Assembly: GCA_965371515.1 (NCBI GenBank)
Contig: CBDUYR010000006.1
Location: 13,977 to 77,976 of the forward strand
Length of the DNA: 64,000 bases
Direction of reading: 5' to 3'
From: an uncultured bacterium
GTDB taxonomy: Bacteria > Krumholzibacteriota > Krumholzibacteriia > Krumholzibacteriales > Krumholzibacteriaceae
A model generated the notes under the pieces. The model was not told where the DNA came from. It made no database searches and worked only from the letters and a program-made list of their open reading frames with translations. The first letter of the stretch is position 1. Every line of letters starts with the position of its first letter. Positions 59,020 to 64,000 of this stretch are shown here, in pieces. The translations under genes and the position numbers were made by a program.

Positions 59020-60096
59020 TTACTTCTGTTCGTTTCGCTCACCGCCGAGCTTCGAAGTATGGATCACGACGTCGTAACGATCGGTGAGTCTCCCGAGCAG
59101 GGCGGCCTGCACGGCCATCTCCTTCTCGAGGCGCACCGCCGCGTATACCTGATCCTTCACGTCCTCGAAAGGCGGCACCTCACCGCCCTCCAGACCGGCG
59201 CTGCCGGCGATCTTCGCTCTGTTGGCGTCATACCATACCCGCATCTCGTCCTCCGTCACCGAGACCGAACTGGCGTACTCTCTCGCGAGCACCTGGCTCG
59301 TGAGCAGTTTCCGCTCTATCCGTCTCGACATCTCAGCGACCTCGGGGTCCTCGTGGAGATTCTCCTCCATCGCAAATCTGAATAACAGTTCCTCGGCGAC
59401 GAGCCGCTGGAGCCACTGCCCGAGATCGGTCTCTTTCATCACCTCTTCGAGTATCTTCTCGCGCTGGGCCCTGACCCGCTCGGCCGGCATCCCGGCGGCG
59501 GCCTGCGCGACCTGCGCGTCGACCTCTGCCTCTATCATCGCGATGAGCATATCCCTCGTTATCTTCTCCGCACCGATCTCTGCGAGCACATCGGCTCCAT
59601 CACCGTCGTCTGCGCCGAACGAAGTCCGTGCCGCGATCTCCGAACGCAGCGCGGCGAACTTCGCGAGCCTCGTAAGACAGCGTTCAGCGGCCATCGATAT
59701 CTCCTGCTCGAGTTCGGGGAGAGCGGCGGTCTGTTCGCTCCTGTAGTAGGCCGCCAGAGCGGACTCGCAGTCTCCCGACTGCTCCCTTATACGGCCGATG
59801 CGGTACCATATACGTGCCTTTTCGTCCACTCCCGGCGATACGCTCCCGAGATACTCGATCCACGTCTCCGCCGCGGCGCCGTGGAGCCCCTGCTTCTCCA
59901 GCTTCAGTGCGAGCCGTTCCAGAACGGCCGGGTCGCCTCCCCTGCCTCCCAGCCCGCTGAAATACTGCGAGATGTTCGGCGCGGCGAGGGCTATCAGGAG
60001 TACAAGAAGCGCGATAATCAGCGCCGTCCTGTCCTTCTTTTCCTTTTTTACCGTATCGAGAGTGAGCTTCAGGTCGTCTGACATCTCTTCCTCCAT
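59020..60096 (-). CDS. Membrane-anchored TPR plus SurA/PrsA-like chaperone-domain protein
   Basis: N-terminal TM, TPR (WYRIG...ALAAYYRS), VLAEIGAEKIT, LVAEELL, VTEDEM..WYDAN, PFEDVKDQV. Confidence 0.65.
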   Translation of the reverse strand: MEEEMSDDLKLTLDTVKKEKKDRTALIIALLVLLIALAAPNISQYFSGLGGRGGDPAVLERLALKLEKQGLHGAAAETWIEYLGSVSPGVDEKARIWYRIGRIREQSGDCESALAAYYRSEQTAALPELEQEISMAAERCLTRLAKFAALRSEIAARTSFGADDGDGADVLAEIGAEKITRDMLIAMIEAEVDAQVAQAAAGMPAERVRAQREKILEEVMKETDLGQWLQRLVAEELLFRFAMEENLHEDPEVAEMSRRIERKLLTSQVLAREYASSVSVTEDEMRVWYDANRAKIAGSAGLEGGEVPPFEDVKDQVYAAVRLEKEMAVQAALLGRLTDRYDVVIHTSKLGGERNEQK

Positions 60097-60100
60097 ATGA

Positions 60101-60976
60101 TCAGTACCGCCTCTCCCTCGCGCGGAAGAACCTCACGAGGTTGGGCACGTAGTCACGGTCTGTCATTACCTCTATCTGGTCGACGCCCATCGAGGAGAAG
60201 AGTTCCCTGAAGCGGGCCGACTGTTCCCTCCCGAGGCGTTCGAATCTCTTTCTGATCCCGGCGCTTCCCGTGTCGACGAGGATTATCTCGCCTGTCTCGG
60301 CGTCCTCGAGCTCGACGAGCCCGACGTTGGGGAGCCTTACCTCCCTCGGGTCCACGACGGTCACAGCGATCAGATCGTGCCGCTTACCTATTACCCTCAT
60401 CGGCTTCTCGAACCCCTCGGCCTGGAAGTCGGAGACGAGGAAGACGACAGAGCGCTTCTTCGTCACCTTTCCGAGGAAGTCGAGCGCCCCTTCGATGTCG
60501 GTGCTCGCCTGTCTGGGCTTGAAGTTCAGCAGTTCCCTGATAACGCGCAGGACGTGTTGCGTCCCCTTCTTCGGCGGGATGTACATCTCGATCTGGTCTG
60601 TGAAGACTATAAGGCCGACCTTGTCGTTGTTCTTCACGGCGGAGAAGGCAAGAAGGGAACAGAACTCGGCGGCGACCTCGTTCTTGAGCTTCCTCACCGA
60701 GCCGAACTCGCCCGAGGCGGAGAGATCGACGACGAACATCACCGTCAGTTCCCTCTCCTCGACGAACCTCTTTACGAAGGGTGTGCCGGTGCGCGCGGTG
60801 ACATTCCAGTCGATCGTCCGGATCTCGTCTCCGGGCATGTACTCGCGCACCTCGTCGAACTCCATTCCCCGGCCGCGGAAAACGCTTCCGTACTCGCCGG
60901 CGAGGACGTCGTTGACGACCTTGCGCGTGGTGATCTGCAGGATCCTGATCTTTTTCGCCAGTTCTTCGGATATCAT
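60101..60976 (-). CDS. DUF58-domain protein
   Basis: GMEFDEVREYMPGDEIRTIDWNVTAR, EERE, VSDF. Confidence 0.95.
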   Translation of the reverse strand: MISEELAKKIRILQITTRKVVNDVLAGEYGSVFRGRGMEFDEVREYMPGDEIRTIDWNVTARTGTPFVKRFVEERELTVMFVVDLSASGEFGSVRKLKNEVAAEFCSLLAFSAVKNNDKVGLIVFTDQIEMYIPPKKGTQHVLRVIRELLNFKPRQASTDIEGALDFLGKVTKKRSVVFLVSDFQAEGFEKPMRVIGKRHDLIAVTVVDPREVRLPNVGLVELEDAETGEIILVDTGSAGIRKRFERLGREQSARFRELFSSMGVDQIEVMTDRDYVPNLVRFFRARERRY

Positions 60977-60986
60977 GATCTCACCG

Positions 60987-61976
60987 TCAGGGAACCGGGA
61001 CGTTGTCGAATATCGCCGCTACGATATCCTCCGGTGTCTTCTCCTCCGCCTCAGCCTCGTAGGTGATGATGACCCTGTGCCGCAAAACGTCCATACCGAT
61101 CGATTTAATGTCCTGGGGAGTGACGTATCCCCTGCCCTGCAGGAGGGCGTGGGCGCGAGAGGCCATGGCCAGGAAGATTGTGGCCCTCGGAGAGGCCCCG
61201 TACTGGATCATCGAGCCGATGTCGAGGCCGAACTCCTTCGGGGTCCTCGTAGCCTGGACGATGCTTACGATATAATCCTCTACCTTCTCGTCCATGTAGA
61301 TCTCATCGGTGAGCCCGCGAAGGCGGAGGATGTCCGCCTTTTCGATCACCGGCTCAACTTCGATCTTCGGGGTCGATCCGGCCATTTTCTTGAGGATCTT
61401 TTTCTCCTCGTCCCTGTTCGGGTAGCTCACCAGGATCTTCAGCATGAACCTGTCGATCTGCGCCTCGGGAAGGGGATATGTCCCCTCCTGCTCGATCGGG
61501 TTCTGTGTCGCGAGCACCATAAACGGATCATCGAGCGCGTGGCTCTCCTCGCCGATTGTCACCTGCCGTTCCTGCATCGCCTCGAGCAAGGCACTCTGAA
61601 CCTTCGCCGGAGCCCTGTTGATCTCGTCGGCGAGAATGATGTTGGCAAATACGGGGCCCTTCTTCGTGGTGAACTCCCCGCTGCGGGGATTGTAGATGAG
61701 CGTACCGATCAGGTCGGCCGGAAGCAGGTCGGGAGTGAACTGTATTCTCCTGAACGAAGCTCTCACCGTTTTAGCTAGCGTCGTCACGGCCAGGGTCTTT
61801 GCCAGACCGGGAACCCCCTCGATGAGAACATGGTTGTTGCAGAGTAACCCTATCAGCAGGCGTTCGATCATGTGCTCCTGCCCGATGATGACCTTCTCTA
61901 TCTCGCTTCTCACCCCGGCAAGTACCCGGGATTCCTTCTCGACCTTTTCGCCGATCTTCTTGACATCGATACTCAT
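60987..61976 (-). CDS. moxR: MoxR-family AAA+ ATPase
   Basis: EGVPGLAKT, RIQFTPDLLPAD, DEINRA, ATQNPIEQEGTYPLPEAQIDRF. Confidence 0.97.
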   Translation of the reverse strand: MSIDVKKIGEKVEKESRVLAGVRSEIEKVIIGQEHMIERLLIGLLCNNHVLIEGVPGLAKTLAVTTLAKTVRASFRRIQFTPDLLPADLIGTLIYNPRSGEFTTKKGPVFANIILADEINRAPAKVQSALLEAMQERQVTIGEESHALDDPFMVLATQNPIEQEGTYPLPEAQIDRFMLKILVSYPNRDEEKKILKKMAGSTPKIEVEPVIEKADILRLRGLTDEIYMDEKVEDYIVSIVQATRTPKEFGLDIGSMIQYGASPRATIFLAMASRAHALLQGRGYVTPQDIKSIGMDVLRHRVIITYEAEAEEKTPEDIVAAIFDNVPVP

Positions 61977-62314
61977 GCGGCTTGACCTCGCATTCTGATA
62001 ACACCCTGCCCGGGGTCCTCTCCCCGGATACGCTTTATACGGATAATATGTGGGAATCACCCCATCAGGCAACGCGCCCGGGGGGCGCGGCCGATGGTCA
62101 AGTTAACGGATAACCTGCCTTCTTTCAAGGGCAATCCACCGTCACCGGGCGGCAGTACGGCGCGTTACGCCGCACAATGCGGATACGCCTCATGCCGGCC
62201 CACAACAGTCTCTTTATATGCCCGCCCCGGGTCAAAGTTCCACCCGGCAGGGAAGTTGCTGAAGTAACGCCGGGACGGATCCCGTCGTGGAATCGTAACC
62301 GTTATCATCAAGTA

Positions 62315-62344
62315 TTGGCGGATACCCTCCACCTGTGTTATAAT
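62315..62344 (+). promoter_or_regulatory. Extended -10 sigma70 promoter for the protease gene
   Basis: TTGGCG, 18 nt, TATAAT (62339-44) preceded by TGn. Confidence 0.55.
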
Positions 62345-62373
62345 TCATTGAACAACAACAGAAAGGTGTGACA

Positions 62374-64000
62374 TTGAAACTCAGAAGACGCGCCCGTGCC
62401 GTGGCATTATTCGCCGCGGTTCTTGCAACCGGGCTCTATTTCCTTTCCTCCCCGGCAATAACGGAAACGGAGCAAGACCGTATAGACCGGATCAACCGGG
62501 AAATCAGGGAAAAGGGCCTGCACTGGACGGCCGGTACTACGCCCGTATCCAATATGACGCAGGAGGAGAAGAAGGCGCTCTACGGCTATATTCCAACTCC
62601 GGCAGCAGAGACCTCATCCCTGCCCATGATAAATGCTCCTGAGGGTGCAGCGTACGATCCGGTATTTGACTGGAGGACGATGAACGGATCCACCCCGGTG
62701 AAAAACCAGGGCTCATGCGGGTCATGCTGGGCATTCGCCGCTGTCGCCCATCTCGAATCGCACGTGAAGATATATGAGGGCCGCGAGGAGGATCTCTCCG
62801 AGCAGCAGATCATGGACTGCAATATCTATGATCGGGGGTGCGGCGGCGGCTCGGGGCCCGTGGCATACTCTGTTATGTTGAACTACGGCTCCGTACGCGA
62901 AGTCTGCATTCCCTATCTCGTCAGTGACGGTTATCCCTGCACGCAGACCAATTGCGAATCCATCGCCCGGATAACGAGTTATACACCCGTAGGCAACACA
63001 GTCAACGACATCAAGGAAGCCCTGCTCGACGGACCCGTCTTCACCTATATCGCCATCGTCGACAGATTCCATGATTACATAGGGGGATGCTTCAGCTGGG
63101 TGGACGAAATCGTGGGGGGCCATACGGTCGTCATCGTCGGCTGGGATGATACCCAGTGCGGCGGTGAGGGAGCATGGATCATCAAGAACAGCTGGGGTGA
63201 GGGATGGGGAATGGACGGGTACGGATACGTCAAGTACGGCGTCAACGGGATCAACGACGGTTCCTACCAGATCCTGTACGAGCAGACCGACGTCCATGTG
63301 AATCTCATCGACCCGAACGGAGGCGAGGAGCTGCCGGTAGGCGAGGACTACGAGATCCTGTGGACGACTTCGCGCGCCACGCCCGATTCGATCAGCATCC
63401 TGCTGAGCGTCAACAGCGGGGACAGCTACGAGTACACCGTCGCCTCGGGACTTCCCGGCACGGCAACCTCATACATGTGGAACGTCGACGATTATCCCGT
63501 CCCGACGGCGATAATCAAGGTCGTGGCCTGGTACGGCGGCGGGGTCGGCGGCTACGACTTTTCCAAATCCGAGTTCACGATCCAGGGCAAGCCTTACAGG
63601 TATGTCTCGACGACGGGCGGCAACATCCATCCCTACTCGATACCGGCCTGGGCGGCGCACTCGATCGAAGACGCGCTCGACGCGGCGATAAACGGTGATT
63701 CGATATTGGTCGAGACGGGCACCTACAACGAGAAGGTGACCGTGCAGAAGTCGCTCCACCTGATGGGAGGCTGGAACACCGGTTTTACGACGCGCGATCC
63801 GGACTTATACCCCTCGACAATAAATTCGAACGGCAGCACCGTGTCGTTCATCATGGTCATCGGGGAGGGTTGCGGGATCGAGGGCTTCACGATCACAGGG
63901 GGCACGGGAACAACCTCGATGCTGCCCGACAACGGGATATACGGCGGGGGGATATACAGCTACGACGCTTCGCCGCTGATAAAGGACAACACGATCAACT
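62374..64000 (+). CDS. Secreted papain-family (C1A) cysteine protease with Ig-like and beta-helix extensions; truncated by the window end
   Basis: Frame 1 from TTG 62374: signal peptide, propeptide WTAG, FDWR, KNQGSCGSCWAF, LSEQ, GHTVVIVGWDD, IKNSWG, then PNGGE and beta-helix-like IEGFTITGG/YGGGI. No stop before the end. Confidence 0.93.
   Translation, partial: MKLRRRARAVALFAAVLATGLYFLSSPAITETEQDRIDRINREIREKGLHWTAGTTPVSNMTQEEKKALYGYIPTPAAETSSLPMINAPEGAAYDPVFDWRTMNGSTPVKNQGSCGSCWAFAAVAHLESHVKIYEGREEDLSEQQIMDCNIYDRGCGGGSGPVAYSVMLNYGSVREVCIPYLVSDGYPCTQTNCESIARITSYTPVGNTVNDIKEALLDGPVFTYIAIVDRFHDYIGGCFSWVDEIVGGHTVVIVGWDDTQCGGEGAWIIKNSWGEGWGMDGYGYVKYGVNGINDGSYQILYEQTDVHVNLIDPNGGEELPVGEDYEILWTTSRATPDSISILLSVNSGDSYEYTVASGLPGTATSYMWNVDDYPVPTAIIKVVAWYGGGVGGYDFSKSEFTIQGKPYRYVSTTGGNIHPYSIPAWAAHSIEDALDAAINGDSILVETGTYNEKVTVQKSLHLMGGWNTGFTTRDPDLYPSTINSNGSTVSFIMVIGEGCGIEGFTITGGTGTTSMLPDNGIYGGGIYSYDASPLIKDNTIN

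Overview
GC-rich bacterial chromosome segment. The secreted protein ending in a QNYPNPFNP/FlgD-Ig tail, the LVIVD-repeat protein, the Bat operon and the many outer-membrane barrels suggest an FCB-group candidate phylum; this is inference. About 60 CDS are supported. From left to right: envelope and redox genes (rhomboid, SplB-like radical SAM, DsbD, GT4), a MaoC/AAC(3)/alpha-barrel triad, OM barrels with tonB-exbB-exbD, and an AT-rich islet (about 14.17-15.93 kb). The islet lies between 54-bp imperfect direct repeats and encodes a lipoprotein with a glycine-zipper, bacteriocin-like C-terminus plus a small membrane protein. Next come a cluster of anaerobic sulfatase maturase, truncated trigger factor, HAD lipoprotein, SDF-SBP fusion, CDF, K+ channel and TMEM175, then a miniature 2-hydroxyacyl-CoA-dehydratase-like Fe-S protein with its ATP-dependent activator. 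These are followed by a complete V/A-type ATPase operon ending in a USP, a degenerate attC-like site, pepC, a MoxR-DUF58-Bat operon with an extra TPR/SurA-like gene, and a partial secreted papain-family protease. No rRNA, tRNA, CRISPR array, integrase or transposase was seen. All calls rest on motifs recognised by eye; no database searches were run.
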